From Blepharisma stoltei ATCC 30299 (Eukaryota; Protista; Ciliophora): a stretch of 64,000 nt of DNA. The stretch covers positions 310,001 through 374,000 of the forward strand of contig CBFDEM010000030.1 in assembly GCA_965603825.1 (NCBI GenBank), written 5' to 3'. How positions within the stretch are numbered: the first letter of the stretch is position 1; each line of letters begins with the position of its first letter. Positions 45,401-57,594 of this stretch are shown one piece after another. The notes beneath the pieces are model-generated. The model did no database searches. It was not told the origin of the DNA and saw only the letters and a program-made list of their open reading frames with translations. A program made the translations under genes and the position numbers.

Positions 45401-48400
45401 CATCGTCTGACTGCTCAATGATATTCCTACAAGATTCTTTAGAGAAGCTAGGAACTTCTCCTTCATGCTTGTGAGTGACTTCAAGCTCTTTAAGAGTTTT
45501 GCTAGGCTCTGGTGCTACTTTAAAAAATGAAAGCATTGCACTTAACCCACAAAATGTCCAAGCAAGTGGTACACTTTGCGACTTGAATATTCAGCAACTG
45601 ACCCCAACCGTTCAATTTAAGTATGATTTACCTATTCCAAGTGCCTGCATAGACGCTCCAACTTCATATTCACTTACTTGCGCTATTTATGATTTAACCA
45701 TATCTGGTGACAGATCTCAAGGGACTGATTTGACCTATAGTTGAGCAGCTACAATAACCCCTTCAAGTTCATCAATAGTATCTTACATTAAAGGTCAAAC
45801 CGGGGCAAAGTTTACTATTCCAGCATCTATGCTCTCTGTTTCTACAATTAATGTAACTCTCACTATTACAAATTTCAGAGGAATGATGTCTAATACTACA
45901 TCTTCAATATCAGTCGTCAGCGAAGCTGCACTATCTGTTCATATAGACAGTGGAAACCATGCTGCTATTTACTCTAACGTAGTGAGTCAGTTCAAAATGA
46001 CAGTTTCGAACTTTTGCAATTCAACTTCAACATCTGCATCATATAGTTGAAGCTATGTTTCATCTACAAATCCTTCTGTAGACGTTTCCTCAGTAGTTTC
46101 TAATAGCAAGCAACCAAACACTTTGATCATAAATCAAAATGATCTACCAGCTGGATATCAATATACTTTTAATGCAACTGCATCTGATGGGACAATGACT
46201 GGATGGAATACTTTAACTATTTCGGTTATCCCATCAAATCTGGTGCTTGTTTTGAATAAAGTGAGCGGATCTGTTTTCAATGGAAGCGACTTAGTTTTAG
46301 ATGCTAGCAACTCTTATGATCCAGATAATCCAGGGTCATCGCTGAATTTTGAATGAAATTGTTCTCAAGGGTCTGGAAGCTGCTTGGACTCGTCAGGAAA
46401 TCAATTGATTGGAAATGTCACCTCATCAATCCTGACGATACCTGGAAGTAAGCTGCAGGTAGGAGCTACTTATGATTTTCATACTAAGATTTATAAAAAT
46501 AATCGAACCACTTCTGGAACGGTAGAAATTCTGGTAGCTGATGGGACTGGTTCAATTTCAGTTAGCCAGCCACTAACAAGCATAGACTACCAGCATGATT
46601 TTACATTATTGCCTGATATTTCTACAGGAAGTAGCGCAACTTTCTTATGAAGTCAAAAATCTGGCCCTTCAATAGCTACTGAAATTCAAACAAACAACTC
46701 TTACATTATGTTTCCAGGTAACTCTATGAGCCAAGGAACTGCTTATACCTATACGTTGTCTATGACCTATCAGTCTGGATCAAAGATCTATTCTGACATC
46801 TCTTGGGCCACAAATGTTCCACCTTCATGCTCTAATCTTACTTCATCAAAAAATTCTGACAATTCCTGGCTTCTTTCTGCTAATTCTTGCACAGACCAAG
46901 ATAGCAATTTTCCTCTGAGTTATCAATTTGCTTTATATATTGACCCTATATATTATGCGCTCAGTGTGCCTTCTCAAAGCTCATATATATCAGTGAATCT
47001 TCCAGCTGGAACTTGGAATTTACGAGCAAAAGTGTGTGACTCGATCGGATCTTGCAGTTTTTATCTGTCAACTGTCACAGTTTCATCAAGAGTTTTGCAA
47101 GGGTCGGCTACCACTGCAAGTCAGTTTAATCAAATGATTAAAAACCCTGACCTGATACCTGCTGAAATTATATTTTACAGCTTATCAACAATTGACGCTG
47201 AGACCTTTAATGCGATGTTTGGTGCTCTAGATTATTATATTACCTTGATTTCATATATTAATAATGGAGTTTTGGACACTGCTTTGACTTCTCTTCAGTG
47301 TATGCTTAAGAATCAAAAGGCACTTGTAAATGACACTTATTTAGATCTTTCTTTTAAAATATTGAATTGAACCTTCAGCAATTATGATGACTCTATTGTG
47401 GATTATCAGGTATCAGAAATCTGCGAGATGTTCACTCCATTTTATGGGCCTGAGTTTAAATTTTATATGCAATTGCAAGAGCTGCTTGACAAGGTGAACA
47501 ATAATTGAATGAGCTCAACCTTGCCTGGGCAGTCTAAGGAATCTTTAAATTCCACTTTTCTTTCTTCAAACCGATTGCTCCCATCAAATATAGCAAATTA
47601 TACATTGAATATCCAGAACAGAACAGTAGTAATCCCTTCTGCAATCCCAATTGCCAGCACTGAAGTCTATGATTTAAATGTCTTTGTTTATCCACTTGCT
47701 GGAAATCTATCAGACATTATTGATATCACTTTTAAAAAGTCAGGAGTCTACCAGAACTACAACTTGTCTATCAACCCAGATCCCTCAACAAATTCTTTCT
47801 CAAACCTTTCTGTTCCAATTGCAGTTCAGATTAATATAAATAATGTCAATAATGATACACTCGAATGTGCTTATTACAATAATAGCGCATGAACCTCGGA
47901 TAGCTGCAATATTTTGAAATCTACTGAATCAACTGTAGTCTTCAACACAACCCATACCTCAATGTTCCAAGTCAGAGTTAAAAGTACTGTCATTCCTATT
48001 CCTGAGGACTCTTCAGACTGTGGAACTACATATGGGCCTATAGCTTCAATGATTGTTGTGGTCTGGCTGGCTTTGATATTAATCACTATTTTTGTAATTT
48101 TAGACAGACAAATTAAGTACATGAGTAGCGATTCTGTCTCAATGAAGAGCATGCTAGAAATGCACGAATTGACGACGCTTTTTATACCCCAAGGGTCATT
48201 TAGAAGAGCACAAAAAGTCCTTCAAGTCATGGGTGTTTTGCTGTTTGAGCTATTTATATGTGGAGCTATTTATCGGCCTATTGATGATCCTTACAATAGT
48301 AGTGATGGAGGCTTTGACGATTATTCTGGAAAGGAGCTTCTAAAAGTACTGGTAGCTTTACTACTAGGCCAAGTTTTATCAGTTGCTTTTATTATTCTAA

Positions 48401-48804
48401 ATAACCAATCAAGAAATTTCTCAATTTTCCAAGTAATTGCGTGCACAACCAGTATCTTTATTTCGATTGGAAGCATTATTGGGATCATAATTTTGAATAT
48501 CGATTACTGCTCAACGTATTCTGATTATTGGTTTATTGATTTTATGATTGCCTTACCTTGTGAGTTCTTCTTGTTCAATCCTCTTCATTGTGCTTTCTTT
48601 GTTTTATATAAAAGATTGACTGCTAAAGTGAGCAGTGAAGTTCCTGGAATTGTAATACATAGAATTGATGAGCTGGCCCCAGAAACGACTGAAAGAGGAG
48701 GATTAGCTGATGAAAATAGTAAATTTGATACGATGACTGTAGATTTCAATACCATGAATTCTTTTATTCAAGTAAAGGAGCCAAATGTAAAATCCGTTGA
48801 ATAA
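42496..48804 (+). CDS. 2102-aa membrane protein: signal peptide, leishmanolysin/GP63 (M8) protease, EGF/furin-like Cys-rich repeats, LamG-like, REJ/PKD-like, GPS-like motif, about 5 TM helices
   Basis: Ten ORF-track fragments in a single frame, separated only by TGA; HEVTHAL, GSH-W(TGA)-DMR, DYMS, DSGWY, W(TGA)GKNQGC; LDASNSYDPD..FE-W-NC (REJ); CAYY..WTSDSC..HTSMF. Confidence 0.88.
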
Positions 48805-49147
48805 ATTGATCTTTAGTAGATTTAGCAATTTATTTAATTTTAGAATTAATTTTATATCATACAATATTTTGCACTATTAAGTAGCCTGATAGCTTTGAAT
48901 GTCCATTCATAAAGCCTTTATAAGTTTTAATAATTTATAGAGCATTTAACTTTATTAAAAATACTGAGTGCAGGCTATAAATTTTCTTATATGCACCTAA
49001 ATATATTTTTGGTTGTTGTAGCACTAGTGGATAAAACAGTTATGATTTTAACAATTTGAACAGACTCAATGAAAAATGATTTAACAATATATGACATCAA
49101 ATAATTTATCTGACGAGTCTTAAAAATAAAATGTGTTATTTGACTTT

Positions 49148-49567
49148 TTACTCTGTCTTTTTCTTTGCTTTTTTATTTTCCACAACAACCCAATCCTCAT
49201 TTTCTGCTTCAGGTAAAGCGCTAGCTGCCTTTTTTTCTTTAATCTCACTTTGCTTTATCTCAGTTTTCTTTTTTAAAGCTTCTTTCTTAGGCTTTTTTTG
49301 GACTGAAGATGGTTTAGCTGGGACTTTTTTCTTTGCTTCTTCTTGGTCTTCACCCCTGGGCTCTTCTTCATACAAATCTTCTATATCAACCTTTTTGCCT
49401 CTTGACGGATCGCCTAAAATGACTGAAACCAAGCACACAATAAATATAAAGATGAATAGTGTCACCAAGGCGCTATATTCACTTAGCGGTAATGATTTGA
49501 AGAATTCTTGAAGATCTTGAGGAAGCTTTATAAGCAAATTTTCATTAAATGCTCTCAAAGTTTCCAT
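49148..49567 (-). CDS. Small single-pass membrane protein with Lys/Glu-rich tail
   Basis: TM ALVTLFIFIFIVCLVSVIL; tail ends EDWVVVENKKAKKK. Confidence 0.75.
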   Translation of the reverse strand: METLRAFNENLLIKLPQDLQEFFKSLPLSEYSALVTLFIFIFIVCLVSVILGDPSRGKKVDIEDLYEEEPRGEDQEEAKKKVPAKPSSVQKKPKKEALKKKTEIKQSEIKEKKAASALPEAENEDWVVVENKKAKKKTE

Positions 49568-49645
49568 TTATAAAAGTTTACATTAAAATCTAGATATTTT
49601 CTAAAGTAAAAATTCAAAGAAATTTGTAATTTAAATAAATTAGAA

Positions 49646-50563
49646 ATGAAATCAAATGCCTTAAAAGTGAACTTGTCAAAAGACAATAAAAAGCTTCAGG
49701 AGCCAGGATTTAACACAAGACTGAAGAAAGAAACTAAAGTTCAAGCTAAGCTTGATGGATTCTTGAGATCAGTCCCGCTTATTTTCCCGAACTTACCTAA
49801 AAAACAAAAAATAAAATTTGAGAAAAACTCATATGAGCCATGTCTCGAAAACGAAAATAATAAGGCTTTGGCTTTTAAAATAAAAGAGCACGAAGAATTG
49901 TATGCATATAATATTAAAGAAGAGCCAAAGAATTTAAGTATACACACAAAAGAAATAGAAAATGGTTTTCCTATTTTAAATATAACAAGAAATGAGGCAG
50001 AAGAAGATTCAGATGGATTTCAAATGACAAAAAACCTAAAAATTAGTCCTAATAGTGAGCCAGATCACACTCCATATAAAAGAAAATTATCTCCTGATTT
50101 TGTTTCAGTTAAAAAAATAAAGACTCAAATGCCACTTGGCTCGAATGCTGAGTCAATCATCCCTCAAAAGAAATCACCAGATAAGCCAGCAAATTACAGC
50201 TTAATTGAAAACTCTAAAATAGAACCTGCCACCGATCTACTTAAAGATTCTGAAGGCTTTATAACAAATAAAAAGAAAAAATTGATTGTAGAAGCTGATG
50301 AAAATTTAGAGTCAAAAGATTATAATTTTTCCAGGAAGCATTTTCCAAAAATTGAACCTGAAGAAGAAGCAAATTCTCCAAAATTCAAAACATTATCAAA
50401 TAAAGAGAAAAAGAACTTAAAAGGGTATGATTGTGAGCGTTGTAAGCCTTTTTATGAGGCATTCAGCGATTGCATGGATCCTTCAGCTTTAAAAGACTTA
50501 TGTTCAGAGCATAAGCATCAGTACCCTCCCACTAAAACTCCTGAATGGTATTACAAGGTATAA
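49646..50563 (+). CDS. CtIP/Sae2/COM1-like protein (C-terminal domain recognisable, divergent)
   Basis: KKNLKGYDCERCKPFY..CSEHKHQYPPTKTPEWY resembles the CtIP CxxC..SRHR..TP.FW C-terminus. Confidence 0.7.
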   Translation: MKSNALKVNLSKDNKKLQEPGFNTRLKKETKVQAKLDGFLRSVPLIFPNLPKKQKIKFEKNSYEPCLENENNKALAFKIKEHEELYAYNIKEEPKNLSIHTKEIENGFPILNITRNEAEEDSDGFQMTKNLKISPNSEPDHTPYKRKLSPDFVSVKKIKTQMPLGSNAESIIPQKKSPDKPANYSLIENSKIEPATDLLKDSEGFITNKKKKLIVEADENLESKDYNFSRKHFPKIEPEEEANSPKFKTLSNKEKKNLKGYDCERCKPFYEAFSDCMDPSALKDLCSEHKHQYPPTKTPEWYYKV

Positions 50564-50823
50564 TGATTTGATTTAAAATTTAATTCGATTTTTATTAAAT
50601 AAATTACTCAAAGAATAATGATATTCGATTTGTGAAATTCTTATAATTGCTTATGCTGAATTGCACTAAAATAATAATCTATTCCGTTATTTTCAAAAAG
50701 CTAAATTTCAATTGCATAGAGAGGGCCTTCATTTAATTTTTCAATGCTCAGGGATTTCTGATATTCAAAAAATCACTTTATTTTATTATTTTTTAACTAG
50801 TATTATTTGCTTTTTAATATAAA

Positions 50824-52203
50824 ATGGGCTGTGCTCAAGGTAAAGCCAAAAAGGGTACGATTATGATGCAAGCAAGCAGTGACATGCTCTGTGTATATAA
50901 TAGAGACGCAACTATACTAATAAAAAGCTCCAAAACGCCAGGACGCTCTGAAGAAGTTCACTTTAAATTAAGTGATCCTGTACTTTTCTCATCCCTAAGA
51001 GTTCAAATTGCATCATATGATTTGTGGATTTCCAAATGTGTTTTGCCTGGTCTTGATCCTAGGGATCCATCTAAAAGGGCATGCCAAGATTACTGCGTTT
51101 TTACCAATGATGAAACAAGCACTTTGCTTGGGGTTTTTGATGGGCACGGGGCATACGGAAAAGAGGTTGCTAAACTTTGTTCTGAGACAGTTGAAAATTT
51201 TTTACCAGAGAACAAAGAATTTTCTCAGGTAGGCTTTATTTAGACTGATCCTAAAGGATTTTTAATTGCCTTAACAGAAAAATGCACTGAAGAGCTGCGA
51301 AAAAATGAAAATACTGTAGACTCAAAATTCTCAGGATGGTATTTATTATTTAGCACTGCGGTTTTTGTGCTGCTAGCTGGGGATTCGATCCATTCTGCAA
51401 GCGTAGGAGACTCACGAGCTGTGCTTGGGACTTCATCTCCGCCATCAGTTATGCCAGCTCCTACAACTCAAATCAGAGAGGAAGAAAGGAAACTTCTTGA
51501 AAAAGTTAAAAAAAGAAGGCAAAGCAACCCTATGCTAGAAGTTCAAGCAGTTCAGCTGTCTAAAGATCAAAAGCCTGAGGATCCTGAAGAGCTTGAGAGA
51601 ATTACACAAAATGGAGGAAGAGTTCAGAGAATTACTGATGCACTGGGAAACCAGGTAGGACCTTATCGTGTATGAGAACCAGATTTGAAAGCTCCAGGAC
51701 TTACAATGAGCAGGTCTATTGGAGATAAAGGAGCTGCATCTTTAGGGATCATTTCAACCCCTGTTTATACAAAACATAAAGTGCATCCTTATGCAGATTT
51801 TTTTGTGGTCGCAGGGACTGATGGGATATGGGATGCGATGGATAACCAAGATGTTGTCAACTATGTTGAATGCTATCGTGATAAATGCAAAAGAGGATGC
51901 GGTTCACCTCCGATCGGAGATCAAATCACAATTCATAATACATGCATAGCTCAGCTGCTATGTGAAGAAGTAAGAGTCAGATGATTGACCATTGTAGAGG
52001 AAGAAGATGTCACAATAGATGATATTTCGTGTATAGTCCTTGAACTCCAGCCGACAATTCTGCCTTCTTCTGGGCATGCTAAGCGGCCTATTCCAAATGA
52101 ATATGACCCAATAAGAAGCATTGGAGAAACAGCAAATCAACAAGCGCCAACCAACCCTGTAAGAGATCCTCGTAGAGGAAGCATAGTTTTATCTGGCTCT
52201 TAA
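50824..52203 (+). CDS. Protein phosphatase 2C (PPM family), MGC N-terminus; two introns
   Basis: CQD, GVFDGHG, SGCTA (after splicing), VGDSRAV, GLTMSRSIGD, TDGIWD, DDISCIV. Confidence 0.92.
51229..51243 (+). other. 15-nt spliceosomal intron
   Basis: GTAGGCTTTATTTAG, removes an in-frame TAG. Confidence 0.9.
51339..51353 (+). other. 15-nt spliceosomal intron (no in-frame stop)
   Basis: GTATTTATTATTTAG; removal restores the PP2C SGCTA motif. Confidence 0.88.
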
Positions 52204-52703
52204 AAAAATATAAATAGCATTGATTATTTAACTGAGCATTATAGTAAATATTTAATTTTTTAGCAAAATTTGAGTTCCATATAAATTAATCTATTAATTT
52301 ATTTTGAAATCTCTTTATTTAAATCGAATAAATATATATCAAATTAATTCCTACTATAATATTTATATAATCTATAAAGTAAATTTTCAACTTTGATCAT
52401 TCGTTAATATATAGCTTAAGCCATATAATTGTATGCAGCCAATTATAATTTATTTAAACTATTTTAAGCAGCCACTATAATTTTTTAAAATTCAAAGAGT
52501 GGGTCTCTTTAAATTACTATTTTAATCTGTCTTTTTATTAGAGAAATGTATCTTTATTTTGCATATTAATTAAAGATTCTATTTTGAAGAAAAATTTTAT
52601 TCACTTCTCCTTTAAACTGAACAAATAATCCTGCTACTATTTAAAGAAGGGTTAAATTACCCAAAAAATGTAATTTTAAATCGAAAAAAGATAATTAAAA
52701 TAA

Positions 52704-55700
52704 ATGAATTGTATTTGCTACCTTACTCTGTTTCAAATAACTTACTCAATTGGTGATATGCTGATTTATGTGCTTTATTCTGAGAAAACGAATTCAAACT
52801 TGCAAGCAGATATGAATAGTAGCTTACATAGAACGATTAACCAAAATGAATCATACTTCGATGTACAGCTGCTAGAAATCGATACTGCTTCAAATTTAGC
52901 TGATATTTTAGTAGCTCAACAATTTTTCCTTACTGTAGACGCAACTTTCGATTTACACTACAGCAAAATAATAAACCAGTACACTGAGGAAAATAGCATT
53001 ATAAATCTTATGTTAAGTCTTGATTCCAGCTTTGATGGTGAATGGCAATTTTTTCTTCACAATTCTGCTGCTCAACATCAACAAGTCGCTGAAATGACTA
53101 TTAATTATTTTGGGTGAAAGAATATGGCAATAATTTCTGATGAGCAATCGATAAATGTAAATATCGCATCAAGTCTTGAAAAAATGCTGAAAAATCGTGT
53201 CTCATTAAAGTTGATACTTCCTCAGTCAATAAATAGAGACAGTGTCGAGAGCTTAGTTGGCAAAATAATTAAGCCAAATGGCATTCAAATGTTTTATATT
53301 TTGGAAGAAGGCGAAATTTTTATTAATTTTATTGAGAATTTAAAAAATAAAAACATTTATAAAAAAGGTGCTGGTGTTTTAGGAGGAAGTTCTAGCATTT
53401 GAGCAGCTAGCGAGAATGGAATGCTTATATATGTTGAAAAAGGACTAGAGACTGCAAAATCTTATGCAGAATATGAAATGCTAGCGATAAAATAGTTTAC
53501 CGATATGATTCTTGAATATAAAAATGGATATATGAATTCTAATAATTTTGACTCGCTGCTTCTGAAGCAATTATTTGAGTCCAAAACATCAGAGCATAGA
53601 AAATTGCCCTTATTTTCTATAGTAAACATTGAAAATAATTCAAAGATCATAAAAGCTCTAATAGATGGCTTAAATGCTAAAGTTTTCAACAATACTTTTT
53701 TCTACCCTGGTAATACAAATACCCCTCCAATAATTTCTGAAACTGAGATCGTAGTCTCAATTGCTTCAGGATCAAAAGAGCCAAATGGTTTACCAAATAA
53801 TGTCTACAATTCTGAAAATTTTGAAGGTTCTCTATATGCCCAGTGAGTTATAAACAATTCGACATTCATCTTAAAGAATTTTTATATTACCCAATTTCAA
53901 ACAGACTGCGGATCTGACACTTTCGATTTTAATTTTTATTATAATTGTATGAATCCTTATAAAGATCAGCTTGGAGTAGCGTTTCTTTCCCCTTCCTTTG
54001 AGTATGGAGCTCTTGGATATATTTTAGTTTTGAGAAGCTTAGGTCTAGAAATTCCCCATTGTGGGGCTGCGACTTCAATTAGTGAACTATCAAATAAAAC
54101 TGAATACCGTGAATTCATGAGAATTACAAGTAGTCCTTATGATTATGCAACCATTGTGGCTAAAAGCATCACATATTTTGGATGAAATAATATTGCTGTC
54201 ATTTATAGCAATGATTCGACGATGGCCTCTCTGTACAAAGTATTCGTTGAGGATTGCACAAGGTTAGATATATCTATTCTGAATAATGAAGATAAAAGGA
54301 TAATTTCACCAGGCTACCTGAGAAGCAATTTCAGGCAATTTAAACACATATTTCAAAATATATATGATTCAAAAGCCAGAATTTGTATTATGCTTATGGA
54401 CGTTCAGTCCTCTTTACATGCAGTAGAAGGCTTATATGACATAGGCTTTAGAGAAGGGGACATTGTTCTAATTTTTAAGAGCAAAATAGGAGGAGCTAAA
54501 GCTTCTTTCAATGATCTTCCAGAATTTGTGCATAAAAGAAAAGAATTATTGCTTGGATCTTTGAGTTTTTCATCTATAGAATACTACGGAGATTATGGGG
54601 AAAAAATTGAAGCAGAAATAGCTAAAGCTTTCTATCCAGAAGATCCAAGCTATAAGTGTTTTTCATTTGACGCTTTTATGCTTGCAGCTAATGGACTTGA
54701 TTATACTATAAATCAAGGTGGAGAAATCGAAAATCCTTGACTATTGAATAAAAACCTCAGGAAACAAAGGTTTGTTGGCTGCAGTGGAGTTATTTCAATA
54801 AATTCAAACTCTAATGATAGAAATTCTGCTCCCAAACCACTAATGAATTTTTATTATAATGAAACTGATAAAACATATTACGAAGAAATAGCTATGATCT
54901 TTAATCTAGAATCGTCAAAGACTCTGTCTGTTTTGCAGCAAATTATATGACCTGGTGGTTCCTACGAAATCCCAAAAGACCTTAGAGATGATAATTTCGA
55001 TTGCCCATTTGATAAAAAACTTGTCAGCAGGTCTGGAAAAGGCATAGGGTTGCTTTTTGGCATATACTTTTCGATATTTTCTGCATCAGGATTCATGACC
55101 TTTTTCGTATGGCAGAGATGAAAACTAATTGACTTCCCCAAGCTCAAAAAGCAAAAAAAGATAAAATTTGCTGATATGATGGTTTATTTAGTTATTGCCA
55201 TTGATTTTTTTCAATATCTTTATTTAGGTCCTCCAATATCAATTAATCCACTGGTAGCGTATATTAGTGAAACAACTTCTGTCGATCTATCAAATATAAT
55301 TTCTTTTAAAGGATCATTTTTTTGAATTGTCATGATTCTAGCTCTTTCTTTAGCTTCTCTGAGCATTTTTCTAAATATTTTGACGGTAACAAGATTCAAG
55401 TATTACCTCGAAACAAAGTATTTTGCAGATATAAAAGCCCTTGCAGAAGGATTGATGCCTATACTTGGGAATGCTTTATTCATCCCAATTTTTTCATTTT
55501 TATTGAATATCTTTGCATGCACACATACAACAGGGCATAATATCTTTGACACTTATTTAGATCATGACTGCTATCAATATTGCTGACAAGGAAAACACTT
55601 GATATTCGCTATATTTTCTATAGTAGCAATTTTCGTTTATGTACCCTTAATAGTTTATTATCGACCGTTATATCAAGAAGTGCAAGAATCTTTAAATATA

Positions 55701-56336
55701 AAAACAATGCCAAAGTATCTTGTCGTAAAGAGTTTTGCTCAAATTTTTTTCGTGGTTCTTAAAAAAACTCTTGGCTTGTATCAATTAAAAATTCATGGAT
55801 TTATCTATTTGGTTTTATTTTCTATATATATTTGAATCATTATAAGAATAAAACCATATAATTATGAGAAAATTTCTCTATTTCTGCTAGTTTCATTGCT
55901 TATGGTAGATTGGTCTGTACTGTGAACATCTATCGCAAATGTATTTGAAATGACTATTATTCCCTGGTTATGCTGCCAGCTGATTGGATGAGCTGCAATT
56001 CTTGTTTTGGGAACTCTAAAGTCTAATAAAATTCCATCACTAATTTTAGCTGGAGAAGGGATTGATGTGTCAATCTTGTTTAAATTTATGGTTGGCCAGG
56101 TTGAAGCGAGCCAAATAGACAAAAAAGAAATTAAGTTTGTTTCTAAGAAAGAAATAGGAAATCCTTGGAAAAATATCCTTGCTCAAGATGAAGAAAAATT
56201 AGAATTAAAAGTTGAAGATGATCCTTCTCAAGTAAAAATTTCTAATTCAATCGATATGAGTTTACAAATTTATGAAAATGATGCTCTGAAGAAGGATGAA
56301 ACAGCAAGAATCGCAACAGCTCGGAAATTTATATAA
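52704..56336 (+). CDS. Receptor-like protein: signal peptide, tandem Venus-flytrap (ANF_receptor-type) domains, multi-pass TM region; one in-frame TAG at 53493-53495
   Basis: YFG-W-KNMAII and YFG-W-NNIAVIY, ELSNKTEYREFMRI, FVGCSGVISI, II-W-PGG..PKD; all fragments in one frame of 1211 codons; about 7-9 hydrophobic helices after 55040. Confidence 0.75.
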
Positions 56337-56614
56337 AATTTTGATTATTTTGTTTATAATTGAATTAGGAAAGTTTATTTCTAATGCTGAACCTTCAAGG
56401 ATGTTGAATTAAGTGGAGTTTCTTAAAATCCCTCATAATCTGTAATATAGCCGATAATATAAGCTAAAATAGTTTTTAATATGATAGAATGGATATTTGA
56501 AATATTGCCCTTTTATGGTTTATTTTTTGAATCTAAAATCATAAAGGAAATATGTCTATTGGATAGAAATTAATAGGATTATTACATAATTTTCATATAA
56601 ACTAAATTTTTTAA

Positions 56615-57250
56615 CTAATAATTAGCAGGATTATATTGAAAATAAGACCCTGGATTTCTCCCAATTGGTATTCCAGGAACAGGCATAAATTGAGCATTAG
56701 TCGTATAGGTTCCTGCAAAAACTGGATTTTGAAAATTCTGGACTCTTCTCGATATCAAATCTTTCAAATAATTTATATGCTTATTTGAAAATCACCATAA
56801 AGTAAAAGCTGAAATTGATAAAATAAAATATAAAAAGGCTATAATAAAAACTAAAATTGCTATAGCTTTATCTAGTCCGCATGTTTCAGATCGTGATGAG
56901 TCACACTGAAAAGTCAGAATTATGTATAAAACCCATAGAGAAGCTATTCCTGAAATTCCTATGCTCAATAAGGAATAGATAAATGTACATTTCAGCATAG
57001 AAGAGTAACAATTTGCATAGGAATTTTCATTTTGGGAAGTACAAAACCCGAAAATAGCTGTTAATGCATAAGGAGAGAAAATTGTGGATAGCCAGAAAAT
57101 GAAATACAAGGCAAGTTCGTCGTTTGCAATTAGTCATACTAGAGTCCATGGAATAAAAAAGCATACTAAAAATAAAATTGAGTCACATTTTATCCTTCTT
57201 TTTGCAGCCTCTATGTCGCAATTGTTAAAAATAGATGAGGATGGATCCAT
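56615..57250 (-). CDS. Four-TM membrane protein (MS4A/CD20-like topology) with P/N/Y/G-rich tail
   Basis: ATG 57250 to TAG 56615 with TGA=W; four hydrophobic helices; loop CDSSRSETC between TM3 and TM4. Confidence 0.72.
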
Positions 57251-57594
57251 TTATATTTTTATTGTGGTATTTTTATAAAACCGAATCATTGCTATTAAGA
57301 AAAATATACATACTTTATAAATATTAAATATGAAAATCCAAGCAATTCTTAATGTTTTATAACTGAATTTTAAAATAACAGAAATCTATTATGCAATAAG
57401 GTTTTAAAGAGAGAGCTATAGATTATAGGAAGACATAAACTTATTAAAGTATGCATATATGGTTAATTCAACTCTTAGCATGAATAATTAATAATAAAGA
57501 AGATAATTGCCATTATAAACTCAATATTTATAAGCATGCTTATTTATTTAACAAGCTGTAAAGTTGCTTCCTTGGCTTATACTCCTCCTTTCAA

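Noticed and set aside
42793-47892. Many short consecutive ORFs suggesting pseudogenes or an operon (also in PKG, SUV3 and the VFT gene)
   Set aside because: All are in one frame and separated only by TGA, which encodes Trp here
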